From positions 1 through 59,983 of the forward strand of contig JANOHT010000103.1 of NCBI GenBank assembly GCA_031406605.1: DNA of 59,983 nucleotides, in the 5' to 3' direction. The translations under genes were made by a program, and so were the position numbers. Under the pieces are notes generated by a model that was not told the origin of the DNA, did not search any database, and was given only the letters and a program-made list of their open reading frames with translations. Source of the DNA: Methylotenera sp. Its GTDB lineage: Bacteria; Pseudomonadota; Gammaproteobacteria; Burkholderiales; Methylophilaceae. Every line of letters starts with the position of its first letter. Within the stretch, counting starts at the first letter, position 1. Positions 28,560-39,425 of this stretch are shown piece by piece.

Positions 28560-29795
28560 ATGCAAATTCAAATGAGTAAAACCAAGCAGCAGGAAAATAA
28601 TCAATTTGCATTATTCAATATAGGATTTCGGCCATTTTTCTTAGGTGCTGGCGTTTTTGCTATTGTTTCTATCGTGTGGTGGATGAGCATTTATTCTGCT
28701 AACAACGTTGTAACGATGACGAATATATCATTAAGCCAATGGCATGCACACGAGATGCTATATGGCTATGGTATGGCAGTGGTGGCGGGTTTTTTACTCA
28801 CCGCGGTAAAAAACTGGACAGGGATACAAACCCTAAATGGTAGGCCGCTATGGGGGTTATTTGGGCTTTGGTGTGTTGCTCGGGTGCTATTCTTATTTGG
28901 CACTGCATTTCTACCTTGGGTCGCTACTGCAGATTTATTGTTCGGGCTGCTACTTGTTTTTGCAATTGCGAAGCCAATTATTCAAGCCAAGCAATGGCTG
29001 CAATTGGCAGTAGTCAGTAAAGTGGTTTTGTTGTGGGTTGGAAATCTAGTTTTTTATCTCGGATGCTATGACCTACTTGCTAGCGGGATGCTCTACGCCA
29101 TTAACGGCGCAGTGTTACTGTTTATCAGTCTTATTCTGATGATGGGGCGTCGAGTTATTCCGTTTTTTATTGAGCGCGGCGTAAAGTCTGGCAAGGCGAC
29201 TCAAGTACGGCTAAAGCAATACAAGTGGCTGGATGTCAGTATTGTAGTCATATTTTTAGCGTTATTTATCAATGCTATTTTCATCCAAGTGGCTTATCTC
29301 ACAGCATTTTTAGCGTTTGCTTTATTTGCCTTTAACGGTTATCGACTCATCAATTGGCATACTAAAGGTATATGGCATGTGCCATTGTTATGGAGTTTGT
29401 ATTTGTCAGCATGGCTGATTAATGTGGGATTTCTAAGTTTTGCAATACAAGACTATTTAATTGCGGCCTACAACACAAAAAATAACATGTCGATTTTAAC
29501 GCTACATATTTTTACTATCGGCGGCATTGGGTTAATGACCCTTAGCATGATGTCACGGGTTGCCTTGGGGCATACCGGGCGTAATATTCAAGCACCTTCA
29601 CGTTGGCTCACCTTAGCTTTTATCGGTTTACTTTTAAGTGTAATGTTTCGCTCGTTCATCCCGATGCTAAGTTCACAGCATTATTCCTATTGGGTACTCA
29701 CTGCTTCAGCTTTTTGGATACTAGGGTTTGCAATTTTTGTGACAATTTATGCATCAATACTGCTAAAGCCTAGAATTGACGGCGGAGCCGGATGA
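28560..29795 (+). CDS. nnrS: NnrS family heme-copper membrane protein
   Basis: GFRPFFL, WHAHEMLYG, GFLLTAVKNWTG, GRRVIPFF, RVALGHTGR. Confidence 0.92.
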   Translation: MQIQMSKTKQQENNQFALFNIGFRPFFLGAGVFAIVSIVWWMSIYSANNVVTMTNISLSQWHAHEMLYGYGMAVVAGFLLTAVKNWTGIQTLNGRPLWGLFGLWCVARVLFLFGTAFLPWVATADLLFGLLLVFAIAKPIIQAKQWLQLAVVSKVVLLWVGNLVFYLGCYDLLASGMLYAINGAVLLFISLILMMGRRVIPFFIERGVKSGKATQVRLKQYKWLDVSIVVIFLALFINAIFIQVAYLTAFLAFALFAFNGYRLINWHTKGIWHVPLLWSLYLSAWLINVGFLSFAIQDYLIAAYNTKNNMSILTLHIFTIGGIGLMTLSMMSRVALGHTGRNIQAPSRWLTLAFIGLLLSVMFRSFIPMLSSQHYSYWVLTASAFWILGFAIFVTIYASILLKPRIDGGAG

Positions 29796-29955
29796 GCTAG
29801 ATTTAGGTTAATGCATAGATGAACCGTATGATTCAGCTCAGGTGATTTTTATATTTATTTGAGTCAAAACGTATTCAAGAATTTTGTTGTCACATGCAAG
29901 AAAGATACAGGGAAGGTATTGGTTAATTGACCATACGTGAGAAAAGAAAATTTAA

Positions 29956-30594
29956 ATGGATCTATTCAGTGACTTACTACCCATCAGGCAAGAGATTATA
30001 AAAGACGTTTACTTGCTTCAAGGTTTTGCATTGTCAAATGAGCAGATACTTTTGGCTGATTTAGAGAGACTACTTATTCATGCACCGCTACGCCACATGA
30101 TGACTAAAATGGGCTTTAAAATGTCTGCTGCCATGACTAATTGTGGGGCATTAGGCTGGATAAGTGACTGTCAAGGTTATCGTTATGACCCGTTGGATCC
30201 TTTAACGCATCAAGCTTGGCCGGTAATGCCGAGCAGCTTTCAACAATTGGCACAACTTGCAGCTCTTGATGCAGGATTTGGTGATTTTCAGCCAGATGCT
30301 TGTTTAATAAATCAATATAAAGTGGGTGCAGGCATGAGTTTGCACCAAGATAAAAACGAGTTGGATTTTAGTCAGCCGATAGTCAGTGTGTCGCTAGGCA
30401 TACCAGCGGTGTTTCTATTTGGCGGCTTGCAGCGGAGTGATAAGACCATCAAATTGCAGTTAACTCACAGTGATGTTGTCGTGTGGGGTGGCGAATCAAG
30501 GCTAAAATTTCACGGTATTTTGCCGCTTAAAATAAATACGCACCCAACTTTGGGTGCGTATCGGTATAACCTAACTTTTCGTAAAGCAGGCTAA
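29956..30594 (+). CDS. alkB: DNA oxidative demethylase AlkB
   Basis: MTNCG.LGW, PDACLIN.Y, LHQDKNE, FHGI, RYNLTFR. Confidence 0.95.
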   Translation: MDLFSDLLPIRQEIIKDVYLLQGFALSNEQILLADLERLLIHAPLRHMMTKMGFKMSAAMTNCGALGWISDCQGYRYDPLDPLTHQAWPVMPSSFQQLAQLAALDAGFGDFQPDACLINQYKVGAGMSLHQDKNELDFSQPIVSVSLGIPAVFLFGGLQRSDKTIKLQLTHSDVVVWGGESRLKFHGILPLKINTHPTLGAYRYNLTFRKAG

Positions 30595-30599
30595 ATATA

Positions 30600-30941
30600 T
30601 TACAACTTTAACGCCGCTTTAATGCGTCTAAACGTTTGGCTAAGTATGTTGCCGTCAAGCTTATAATGTTTGTGTAATGGTTTTTTTACTTCCCAGCTAG
30701 CGGTCATGCCTGCGGGAAACGTCACTAGATCACCTTTACCAAAGCTAACCGGTGCGCCACCAGTTGGGGTAATCACACATTCACCTTCTAAAATATAAGC
30801 GATTTCTTGTTCAGGAAATGTCCACGGAAAAACAGAAACCTCTTTCTGCCAAGTGGCCCATTTGCTTACGCCTAATGTTTCTAAATGGCTTTGTGCTGGA
30901 TTTTTTTCAACTGTAATTTGGTTGACGATATTTTGGCTCAT
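30600..30941 (-). CDS. Cupin domain protein (DUF861/cupin_3)
   Basis: W..W.KEVS.FPW, E.AYILEG, GDLVTFP.G, KHY. Confidence 0.85.
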   Translation of the reverse strand: MSQNIVNQITVEKNPAQSHLETLGVSKWATWQKEVSVFPWTFPEQEIAYILEGECVITPTGGAPVSFGKGDLVTFPAGMTASWEVKKPLHKHYKLDGNILSQTFRRIKAALKL

Positions 30942-31053
30942 GCGAATCTCTCTAATAGTTAAGTGACCCTATTTTAGCTTATAGCGCCACAATTGCTATT
31001 GTAATCAACATACAGTAGTAAAATAGCCGTTTTGAGTGGCTGGTTTAATTTAT

Positions 31054-32004
31054 ATGCAAGTGAGTTTAGAGCAGGCAATTGTTAAGTTGAAAGACGGCGA
31101 AGTAGTCGCAATCCCAACGGAGACGGTATATGGCTTGGCTGCGGATGCCACGAACGAAAATGCACTGCGAAAAATTTACGCAATTAAACAACGCCCAGCC
31201 AACAATCCATTGATTGTCCATATTGCCGGTATTGGCGATGCAGAGAAATGGGCCGCTGAGTTTCCACCACTGGCACGTATGTTGGCTGAAGCATTTTGGC
31301 CAGGGCCTTTAACGTTAGTGTTACCTGCAAAAGCTAGTGTCTCAAGTATCGTAAGAGCGGGTGAGCCTACAGTGGCTTTGCGTGTACCGAGTCATCCACT
31401 GACTTTGCAATTACTTAAACTAAGTGGTTTAGGTCTAGCAGCACCTTCGGCTAATAAATATACGCAATTAAGCCCCACTACGGTGGCGCATGTACAGACT
31501 GGGCTGGGCAATGAGGTCGACGTATTAGATGGTGGCGCATGTCAGGTTGGTATCGAATCTACAATCGTTAGTGTTTTGGGTGACGATTGGCGTTTGCTAC
31601 GGCATGGCATTATTACAGAAACCGAAATTGCCGAGCTTGTGGGTAAGCCTGCATTAGTTAGTCAAGAGAATCTCCCCAAAGCACCTGGTCAGCATATGCT
31701 GCACTACTCGCCCCATACGCCGCTGCAGCTATTTAGCAATAGAGCCAGGCTGATTGCAGCCTCTCAATTATTAACACAGCAAAATTCGAAATGTGCTGCA
31801 TTGTTGATTGGTGAAGGCGATGTGCCTGGTTGCAAGATAATTCAGTTGCCTAGTCAGCCAGAGCAAGCAGCAGAGCTGTTGTATAGTGCGTTACATATAC
31901 TAGATGATTTGAAACAGGACTACTTGTTGGTTGAGCTGCCGCCTAGTACACCAGCGTGGGCGGCGATATACGATAGATTAAGCCGCGCAGGACATGCCAG
32001 ATAA
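31054..32004 (+). CDS. L-threonylcarbamoyladenylate synthase (Sua5-type)
   Basis: PTETVYGLAADA, K.RP..NPLIVH, FWPGPLT, APSAN, APG...HYSP with SUA5 C-domain. Confidence 0.92.
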   Translation: MQVSLEQAIVKLKDGEVVAIPTETVYGLAADATNENALRKIYAIKQRPANNPLIVHIAGIGDAEKWAAEFPPLARMLAEAFWPGPLTLVLPAKASVSSIVRAGEPTVALRVPSHPLTLQLLKLSGLGLAAPSANKYTQLSPTTVAHVQTGLGNEVDVLDGGACQVGIESTIVSVLGDDWRLLRHGIITETEIAELVGKPALVSQENLPKAPGQHMLHYSPHTPLQLFSNRARLIAASQLLTQQNSKCAALLIGEGDVPGCKIIQLPSQPEQAAELLYSALHILDDLKQDYLLVELPPSTPAWAAIYDRLSRAGHAR

Positions 32005-32151
32005 GTAGTTTGTTCAAGTAGGGTGTGTTAATGTCGCTGCCGATTCATATGTAAACTAGGCCATTTAGGTACAAAAGCTATATTTTTGGTTGCTGCATCA
32101 GGTATACACTGGCAGAATAAGGCTCTAAATTTTTAATCATACGGGCCCAAC

Positions 32152-32511
32152 ATGACCATTAAATTAACTCCATTATTGTGTATGTTCGCGATAGTTGCGG
32201 TACTGCCATCATGCAAGACGATTGGTCTTTCGAATCCTTTTGGTTCTGATAGCGCCGAGCAGTCGCGCGCACCAGCCAATGCAACTGCTTATCTATGTGA
32301 AGGTAATAAGCAGTTTTATGTACGGATGTTAACTAATGGAGATGCTTGGCTTATTTATCCACAACATGAAGTGAACTTGACTAAATCCAGCGATAACAAT
32401 AATCGTTTTACCAGCGGTTCGATCACACTAATCATTAACGGTGATGAAACTACGCTGAATGATGGTGAAAAAATTGCTTACACCGCCTGCAAACCACAAG
32501 TAAAAAAATAG
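32152..32511 (+). CDS. Lipoprotein, MliC-like
   Basis: Lipobox-like LPSC, Y.C motif and a terminal Cys, beta-rich. Confidence 0.6.
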   Translation: MTIKLTPLLCMFAIVAVLPSCKTIGLSNPFGSDSAEQSRAPANATAYLCEGNKQFYVRMLTNGDAWLIYPQHEVNLTKSSDNNNRFTSGSITLIINGDETTLNDGEKIAYTACKPQVKK

Positions 32512-32620
32512 GTTTTTATTTGTGTGACGATTTGTTAGCTTGGTCGATTAATGACTTGCTGATTGCTTGAAAAAGGCGTAACTTTATCTGTGCAAAAATG
32601 AATTAACTATGGAGTATGCC

Positions 32621-32839
32621 ATGGATAATAAGTATGGATTAGGTAGCGCTAAAGTAGCTACAGAGCATCATGAGGCACATCATAAAATCGAAGCGCTGCA
32701 TCCGATAAATTGTAAGTTCTGCGGGAGTGCTAGCTTGGTATTAAGTCCGACTATGCACGATCATTGCTGTACAGAATGCGGTAAATGGCAGAATGATATT
32801 CCGCAAGGTTATTCTACGGGTAGAAGCAGCGACTATTAA
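32621..32839 (+). CDS. Small zinc-ribbon protein
   Basis: CKFC...CTEC, His-rich segment, RBS ggag before ATG 32621. Confidence 0.65.
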   Translation: MDNKYGLGSAKVATEHHEAHHKIEALHPINCKFCGSASLVLSPTMHDHCCTECGKWQNDIPQGYSTGRSSDY

Positions 32840-32849
32840 TGAGATGACT

Positions 32850-33896
32850 TTATTCTGTAGGTGTTTTCAGCGCCTCGTCCAACGTGTTTTCTAGGTCAGG
32901 GTTGACTTCTCTTAACGTGACGCGAATTTTATCAACCTCGGCTTCTCGGCCTTGCTGATGGGCTATTACCGCTAGTGCTTGTAGGCTGGCGGGGTGGTTG
33001 GCGTGCAGAGACAGTGCGGTTTGAAAGTCTTTAATTGCTGTAGTACTATCGCCTAATCGCTGTGCCGCCATGCCCAAGTAATACCAAGCTTCTGCACTTT
33101 TAGGTTCTTTTGCCGTCCAGACGGACGCTATTTTTTGTACGTCTTGCCAGCGTTTATTTTGAAATGGCAGCACAATTTGCATGAAAAACGGCCGATTTTC
33201 ATCTGGCGCATCCCAAAAAGGCAAATCATGTGGCGCATTCAATTTAACCTCAGGTGTGTTTAGTAAATCTTTTACCCACTTGACGGACATATTATAAAAA
33301 TAAGCATTTTGGCCAGGGCTTTTAAAGGTGCTAATACCAACTAGCTTACCTTCGTAATCAAATATAGGGCTGCCACTGGCACCAATCGCAAAAGCTGCTT
33401 CAGTACGAATGACTTCGCTATTATCCATTGCATATAAGGCTTTAATTGTACTCAATGCCACATAAGGCGCTGGAGAGTCGCTAGGCATAGAAATAGAGAT
33501 GATAGGCTGTTCATAAGTCAGTGATGTAGCCTCACCCATTTCTACGGGCTTTAGATTCGCCCATTCGAAGCGTAATATACATACATCGTGTTTCCAATCG
33601 GTTTGTATTGCAACGGGTGCAAATTCTTCGCCCCATTTTGCTACGCTGATACCACTGGAGTTTTGAATGACATGACAATTAGTGACCACATGGTCTTTAG
33701 TAATGGCAACGCCTGTACCAAATCCATGACCACCAGATTTAGTCGCAACGCTTACTTTTACTAATGACTCTTTTAATTTATAAATAAACGCATCTGTAGG
33801 TTCAGGCAAAGCTGCAGCTTTCGCATCGAATACCATAGTTCCAGAAGAAACTACACATATACTAAGAAATACTGCATGAGAGAGATGTGTTTTCAT
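32850..33896 (-). CDS. Secreted trypsin-like serine protease with C-terminal TPR, paralog 1
   Basis: TNCHV, HDVC and GASGSP triad; AEAWYYLG TPR. Confidence 0.85.
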   Translation of the reverse strand: MKTHLSHAVFLSICVVSSGTMVFDAKAAALPEPTDAFIYKLKESLVKVSVATKSGGHGFGTGVAITKDHVVTNCHVIQNSSGISVAKWGEEFAPVAIQTDWKHDVCILRFEWANLKPVEMGEATSLTYEQPIISISMPSDSPAPYVALSTIKALYAMDNSEVIRTEAAFAIGASGSPIFDYEGKLVGISTFKSPGQNAYFYNMSVKWVKDLLNTPEVKLNAPHDLPFWDAPDENRPFFMQIVLPFQNKRWQDVQKIASVWTAKEPKSAEAWYYLGMAAQRLGDSTTAIKDFQTALSLHANHPASLQALAVIAHQQGREAEVDKIRVTLREVNPDLENTLDEALKTPTE

Positions 33897-34101
33897 TTGA
33901 TAAGCATACGCTCTAATGTTGTTTATACATTTAGATAAAGATTTTTAAGTAGAGATCTTTAGATTTAAGATAAAAACTGTAGTTAATATCAAAAATAAAT
34001 AGATTATTTACATAAGTTTTAACAACTTAATCGCCTAAAAGTTCTATAATCTTGCCTACAAAAACACCCTTTCCATTAAACAACTCCAAAAGAGAAGATA
34101 A

Positions 34102-35613
34102 ATGAGCACAAAAAATGCTGATATTGGCCTAGTTGGCCTAGCTGTTATGGGGCAAAATCTTGCCTTGAATATTGCCGATCACGGCTACACCATTGCGGTC
34201 TACAACCGTGATTCTAAAAAAATGGTGAACTTTATTGAAGAATGCAAAAAAAATGAGCCGTCACACGAAAATGTCGTGGGTCACGCTGATTTAGCTTCTT
34301 TCGTATTAAGTATCAAACGTCCACGCAAAATTGTTTTGTTAGTAAAAGCGGGTAGTGCAACAGATGTGACTATCAATGCATTACTACCTTTCCTAGAGGA
34401 AGGCGACATTATTATTGACGGTGGTAATTCATTATGGACAGACACCATCCGCCGCGAAAAAGAATTAGCTGCTAAAGGTATCGACTTCATCGGTTCTGGC
34501 GTTTCAGGTGGTGAAACTGGCGCACGCTTCGGCCCTTCATTGATGCCTTCAGGCACACGTAAAGCATGGGCTTCACTTGAGCCAATCTGGCGTGATATTG
34601 CTGCTAAAGTTGATGCAGTGACAGGCGAGCCACTTGAAGGCGGTTCACCAGGCAAGCCAGTGGTAGGCGGCTTTTCATGTGCTGAATATATCGGCCCAGA
34701 CGGTGCTGGCCATTACGTAAAAATGGTGCACAACGGTATTGAATATATCGACATGCAATTGATTTGCGAAGCTTACTGGTTAATGAAAAACTTGTTGGGT
34801 ATGCCAGCAGATGAAATCGGTAAGGTATTTGCTGAGTGGAATAAAGGTGAATTATCAAGCTTCTTGATTGAAATTACTGCTGATATTCTGCAACAAAAAG
34901 ACCCAATGACTAAAGGTTTCTTAGTAGACCAAATTTTAGATACTGCAGGTCAAAAAGGTACTGGTCAATGGACAGCAGCGAATGCGCTTGAATTAGGCGC
35001 ACCAGCCAATGCGATTGCAGCAGCCGTTTATGCACGTGCACTTTCAAGCTTGAAAGAAGAACGTGTTGAAGCTAGCAAAATCTTAAAAGGCCCAGTGCTT
35101 GTTAAAGAAACAGATAAAAAAGTAATTATCGAAGCGATTAAAAACGCACTATATTGCTCAAAAATCTGTGCTTATGCACAAGGCTTCCAATTGATGGATA
35201 AAGCGCAAGTGGCTTACAACTGGAAACTTAACTTTGGTGAGCTTGCACAAATCTGGCGTGGTGGTTGTATCATCCGCGCACGTTTCTTGCAAAAAATCAC
35301 TGATGCTTACGCATTGAACTCACGCTTGAAAAACTTGATGTTAGACCCATACTTCACTAACTCAATGAATGATGGCCAAGCAGGCTGGCGTAAAGTGATT
35401 GCCTTGGCAGTCACTAACGGTATTCCAGCACAAGGTTTTGCGGCTGCTTTAGCGTATTACGATGGCTACCGCAGTGCAGATTTACCAGCTAACTTGTTAC
35501 AAGGTCAACGTGACTTCTTCGGTGCGCATACTTATGAGCGTAAAGATCAACCACGTGGTCAGTTCTATCATTTGGATTGGCCAGAAGCGGGTCGTCCACA
35601 GTTAGAAGTTTAA
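34102..35613 (+). CDS. gnd: 6-phosphogluconate dehydrogenase, decarboxylating
   Basis: [40 protein letters not shown]. Confidence 0.97.
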   Translation: MSTKNADIGLVGLAVMGQNLALNIADHGYTIAVYNRDSKKMVNFIEECKKNEPSHENVVGHADLASFVLSIKRPRKIVLLVKAGSATDVTINALLPFLEEGDIIIDGGNSLWTDTIRREKELAAKGIDFIGSGVSGGETGARFGPSLMPSGTRKAWASLEPIWRDIAAKVDAVTGEPLEGGSPGKPVVGGFSCAEYIGPDGAGHYVKMVHNGIEYIDMQLICEAYWLMKNLLGMPADEIGKVFAEWNKGELSSFLIEITADILQQKDPMTKGFLVDQILDTAGQKGTGQWTAANALELGAPANAIAAAVYARALSSLKEERVEASKILKGPVLVKETDKKVIIEAIKNALYCSKICAYAQGFQLMDKAQVAYNWKLNFGELAQIWRGGCIIRARFLQKITDAYALNSRLKNLMLDPYFTNSMNDGQAGWRKVIALAVTNGIPAQGFAAALAYYDGYRSADLPANLLQGQRDFFGAHTYERKDQPRGQFYHLDWPEAGRPQLEV

Positions 35614-35638
35614 CTTTACTTAAAAAGTATCGTGTTGT

Positions 35639-35667
35639 AAAAAAGGGCAGAATTTCTGCCCTTTTTT
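35639..35667. terminator. Bidirectional intrinsic terminator
   Basis: aaaaaagggcagaa-t-ttctgccctttttt. Confidence 0.85.
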
Positions 35668-35809
35668 ATTGCTTTCTTAATCATAAGAATTGATATTTAA
35701 TAAGCTGCTAGCAACCTGTTTGGCTACAGTTAGATGTGCATCCAGACATAAATATAGTTATTATGATTAAAAAGAAAAAGAACGATACTTTTTGAGCCAT
35801 CATTTTCAA

Positions 35810-36550
35810 TTATTGACTCAATTTCCTGCTGAATAAATTCAATGCTAATTGGTAACCCAACATCGCAGTTTGTGGATCATAACGTTCACCTTCATCGCGC
35901 ATAAAGGCATGTTGCGCATTGAACTCATGCCAAGTAAACACTAAGTCTGCATCAGTCATTTTTTTGTACACATCCATACGGCCAACCGTTGGAATGTGAT
36001 TGTCTTGCTTGCCCCAAATCATTAACATTTCACCGGAAATATCACTGAGTCGTTCCATGCTATGTTGACCCGCTTGGTTAGGAATAATCTGCGTGTGTAA
36101 ATCAGTGGCGTAAAAACAGGCGGTAGCCTTGACTTCAGGTTGCAGTGCTGCGCGGAAGGCTAGATGGCCGCCAATACAAAAGCCCATGGCGCCAATATTA
36201 CCGTTATACCAAGTTTGCTGTTTAATGAATGTTATCGTAGCGGCATTATCTGTGTCATAGCCTTGTACGTCCTTAGCGGACTTATCGGCATTGCCTTTAT
36301 CTCGACCTGCATCATCGTAGCCTAATACAGTGCCAATAGGATTAAGCTCATGAAATACTTCAGGTACTAATACCGCATAACCATGACTTGCCATGATCTT
36401 GGCAGCGCGTTCAATCGGGCCAGTTTGCTGAAAAATCTCTGAATAAAACAGAATGGCAGGATATTTTTCTTCACCTATAGGTCTGTGAATATAGGTGCGC
36501 ATAACACCCGTAGGTGTGTTGATGTCTGCGATATGGCTTTGAACGTTCAT
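35810..36550 (-). CDS. Dienelactone hydrolase family protein
   Basis: SEIFQ, GFCIGG nucleophile elbow, QHAFMRD. Confidence 0.9.
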   Translation of the reverse strand: MNVQSHIADINTPTGVMRTYIHRPIGEEKYPAILFYSEIFQQTGPIERAAKIMASHGYAVLVPEVFHELNPIGTVLGYDDAGRDKGNADKSAKDVQGYDTDNAATITFIKQQTWYNGNIGAMGFCIGGHLAFRAALQPEVKATACFYATDLHTQIIPNQAGQHSMERLSDISGEMLMIWGKQDNHIPTVGRMDVYKKMTDADLVFTWHEFNAQHAFMRDEGERYDPQTAMLGYQLALNLFSRKLSQ

Positions 36551-36764
36551 GACTTTTATTTGCTTTCCAAAAGAGTAGATTTATATTTTTAGATATTTAT
36601 AATTTAAGATATTGTACAACGGCGACAGTAATTTTTAACGGCTCTAGTTTCCAACTGTGATTATTTAATAGGTGACTTAAAGTCTTGTGAAGAACTTTAT
36701 GCTGACTATTACCTCAATGTTATTAACGGAATAAGAACATACCTGAAATTCATGTAGGAAATAT

Positions 36765-37811
36765 ATGCGCCAGCTAAGCTATAGGACTTTATTACTCACA
36801 CTACTCTTACCTATGCAGTTGCTAGTCGTCACACGCGCCCATGCGCAGGCGCCGAAGCCAGAGTTTGTTTTAGCGTTAAGTCATTCAATAGCTAAAGTGC
36901 ATATTGAAGATAAGAATGGACAGCATGGTGTGGGTTCTGGGGTGGTAGTAGCTGTTAACCATGTGGCGACTAATTGTCATGTGATTGCGAATGCGCGTGG
37001 TATAGCGGTAAATAAGCTGGGTAATAGCTATGCACCTATCGCACTTAAGGCAGACTGGTATCATGATTTGTGTATATTGGTGTTTGATGATTTGCCGCTT
37101 AAACCATTTGACTATGGTGAGAGTGCAAAACTTCAATATGAGCAGCATATATTAGCGCTGGGATACTCTGGCAACTCACCGAGGCCTGTTGAATCGTTTG
37201 GAACAGTAAAAGCACTGATACCACTTAATGACAGCCATTTAATCCGCACCACTGCAGGCTTTAAAATGGGTGCCAGTGGCGGAGCATTGCTTGATTACGA
37301 TGGCAAGTTAGTTGGATTTACTACATTTAAAAGTCCCGGCAGAAACGCCTATTACTACAGCTTGCCAGTGGAGTGGGTTAAAAAACTACTAGAGCAACCA
37401 GACATTTCACTCACCACGCAAACTGAACAACCATTTTGGGACGTACCAGAAAAAGAACGTCCATTTTTTATGCAAGTTGTACAACCTTTACAAACTGAAG
37501 CTTGGAGCACTTTAGAGTTTATTTCGAAAGCATGGACGAATGTAGAGAAAGATAATCCTGAGGCTTGGTTGTACTTGGGCATGGCGCAACAAGGGTTGCT
37601 CGATTTAGACAAAGCAAAACAAACCTTCAATAAAGTGCTAACGCTTGCACCAAAACATTCTAGTGCTTATTATCAATTAGGTGTGATTGCGATGGCGCAA
37701 GGTGATACGCTTGAAGCGGCCAGCATAGGCGGAAAGTTGGAATCTATCGACCCCGACTTTGCTGAAGATTACAACATTGACGTCGGGCTGGTGGCCAGGC
37801 CTGAGCCTTGA
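36765..37811 (+). CDS. Secreted trypsin-like serine protease with C-terminal TPR, paralog 2
   Basis: TNCHV, HDLC, GASGGA; PEAWLYLG TPR. Confidence 0.85.
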   Translation: MRQLSYRTLLLTLLLPMQLLVVTRAHAQAPKPEFVLALSHSIAKVHIEDKNGQHGVGSGVVVAVNHVATNCHVIANARGIAVNKLGNSYAPIALKADWYHDLCILVFDDLPLKPFDYGESAKLQYEQHILALGYSGNSPRPVESFGTVKALIPLNDSHLIRTTAGFKMGASGGALLDYDGKLVGFTTFKSPGRNAYYYSLPVEWVKKLLEQPDISLTTQTEQPFWDVPEKERPFFMQVVQPLQTEAWSTLEFISKAWTNVEKDNPEAWLYLGMAQQGLLDLDKAKQTFNKVLTLAPKHSSAYYQLGVIAMAQGDTLEAASIGGKLESIDPDFAEDYNIDVGLVARPEP

Positions 37812-37830
37812 TGATTATTTACTATAGGTT

Positions 37831-38469
37831 TTATGCATTGCCGCTATTAAGTGCGTCTGCAAAGTAATGGTTCACATCGCGATGCCCCGCTTCATCTTCG
37901 CGCACGACGATAATCACATCGCGGAGTGTAGCATCTGGGCTTAATTGCCAATAATCGATAGCCAATTGCGGTGCAGCCACGTTTTCATAAGTGCCATTAT
38001 CCACTCCTGCCAAATATTCGGTGTAGCTAAAAACAGCTTCTTCTTCAAAATAACCTACTAAACGGTGCGCAGTTTTTGCTGATATTAAATAAAGCAGAAA
38101 AAACAAGTTATAAAACACGCCTTGTGCGAAGACGATTAACATACGCTCGAACCAGTTGGGCTGAGCGATTTCAATAAACGTCATTAAATGCATACGTTCG
38201 TTTTCGGCTTCGTCCAATAGCTTGCGTATCCAGCCATTGTCAGATTGCATGCGTCGCAATGCCTTTAAGTGTTGCAATGCACCACCTACCATGCCTGGTA
38301 CTGCAGCTACGGTTTCCAAAATTACTGCTCTATGACCGTAACGATGTGCAAAAAAGCTGTCGGCAAAAAAACGTAATGCTTTAGTGATGGCTAAAGCCAC
38401 GCGATCAGAAAAGTCTTGAGGAATGTGGTGCGACCTCACGGCCGCATGGATTTCTGTCATATTAGACAT
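37831..38469 (-). CDS. aox: Alternative oxidase (di-iron ubiquinol oxidase)
   Basis: [33 protein letters not shown]. Confidence 0.95.
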   Translation of the reverse strand: MSNMTEIHAAVRSHHIPQDFSDRVALAITKALRFFADSFFAHRYGHRAVILETVAAVPGMVGGALQHLKALRRMQSDNGWIRKLLDEAENERMHLMTFIEIAQPNWFERMLIVFAQGVFYNLFFLLYLISAKTAHRLVGYFEEEAVFSYTEYLAGVDNGTYENVAAPQLAIDYWQLSPDATLRDVIIVVREDEAGHRDVNHYFADALNSGNA

Positions 38470-38575
38470 AGTAAGTACTCAAAGTAACCATTGATAATGA
38501 ATAACAATTTGACCCGCTTTTAGCTGACCACGAATCAGCTACTTAAAATAACTTACATACAAACTTAATGTTATT

Positions 38576-38809
38576 CTAAACGCAATCACCATAAGCTGTT
38601 AACAGCCGTGACAGCTCATTTTCTTTTGTTGCTTTTGGAGTGGCTGGCTTTTGCGTGATAGATTTTGAGCAAATGGCTGAAACCTTAGATTGCTCGTGTG
38701 ATAAAGTTGGTGTAATTTTGTTGGTCAGATGGTGCTGGGTAATATCATCAGTAATAGTTTCTGAATTGATAATAGTTGAAGATGAAACTTTGTGTGCTGA
38801 GGTCTGCAT
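38576..38809 (-). CDS. Small hypothetical protein ending LSRLLTAYGDCV
   Basis: RBS aagga before ATG; upstream of aox on the same strand. Confidence 0.55.
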   Translation of the reverse strand: MQTSAHKVSSSTIINSETITDDITQHHLTNKITPTLSHEQSKVSAICSKSITQKPATPKATKENELSRLLTAYGDCV

Positions 38810-39144
38810 AATATTTTCCTTTTGGGAGTTAAATTCGCCGAAATTTTGTCTCGGTAAGAATTGGGAGTTATTCTAATATAAAAAATTCCTAGTGAATACC
38901 ATTAAGATTAAATTAAATATGGTACTAAATAGGCGCCTTTTTCTTAACGGCAGTGACTAAAACGTGTTAACTTAATTTTGGATGACATTTTATAAACTAT
39001 ACTTTGGAATAAACGATATTTAAATGAGATATGGTTTGCTAAACGCCTTAGTATTTTCGTAAAATGATGTTTTAGAATGTATTTATTTAATGTAATAATC
39101 ATTCGCTCTGCTAAAACTTTAACTCCTTGGCTTAATATCACATC

Positions 39145-39360
39145 ATGCAGCACAGCATACAATTGACCATCAATGGTAAACCACGTAGTTTTGATGTGGA
39201 GATTTTCAGTCTGGCGAACCTTGTTACAATGCTTGACTTAGATGGCAAGCGATTAGCGATTGAATGCAATGGAGAAATTGTGCCGCGTAGCCAGTTTGCA
39301 CAAACCCAATTGGTAGATGGTGATAAGCTGGAAATAGTTGGGGCTGTCGGTGGTGGTTAG
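39145..39360 (+). CDS. thiS: Sulfur carrier protein ThiS
   Basis: AIE.NGEIVPRS, GDKLEIV.AVGGG, upstream of thiG. Confidence 0.95.
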   Translation: MQHSIQLTINGKPRSFDVEIFSLANLVTMLDLDGKRLAIECNGEIVPRSQFAQTQLVDGDKLEIVGAVGGG

Positions 39361-39425
39361 TTAAGCACATATTAAAAACTCACATGAGTTTAGATCACGT
39401 ATTTAAGGATTAAAGGATATAAACG

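Noticed and set aside
33920-34020. Repeated agat words and a possible HexR box upstream of gnd
   Set aside because: Irregular spacing in very AT-rich DNA, not distinguishable from chance.
38880-39144. TPP riboswitch upstream of thiS-thiG
   Set aside because: The region is AT-rich and has no CUGAGA or AGCGUAGGGA core.
38640-39162. ORFs 38640-38876 (+) and 38944-39162 (-)
   Set aside because: No RBS or motif. The first is antisense to a better supported ORF and the second spans the thiS promoter region.
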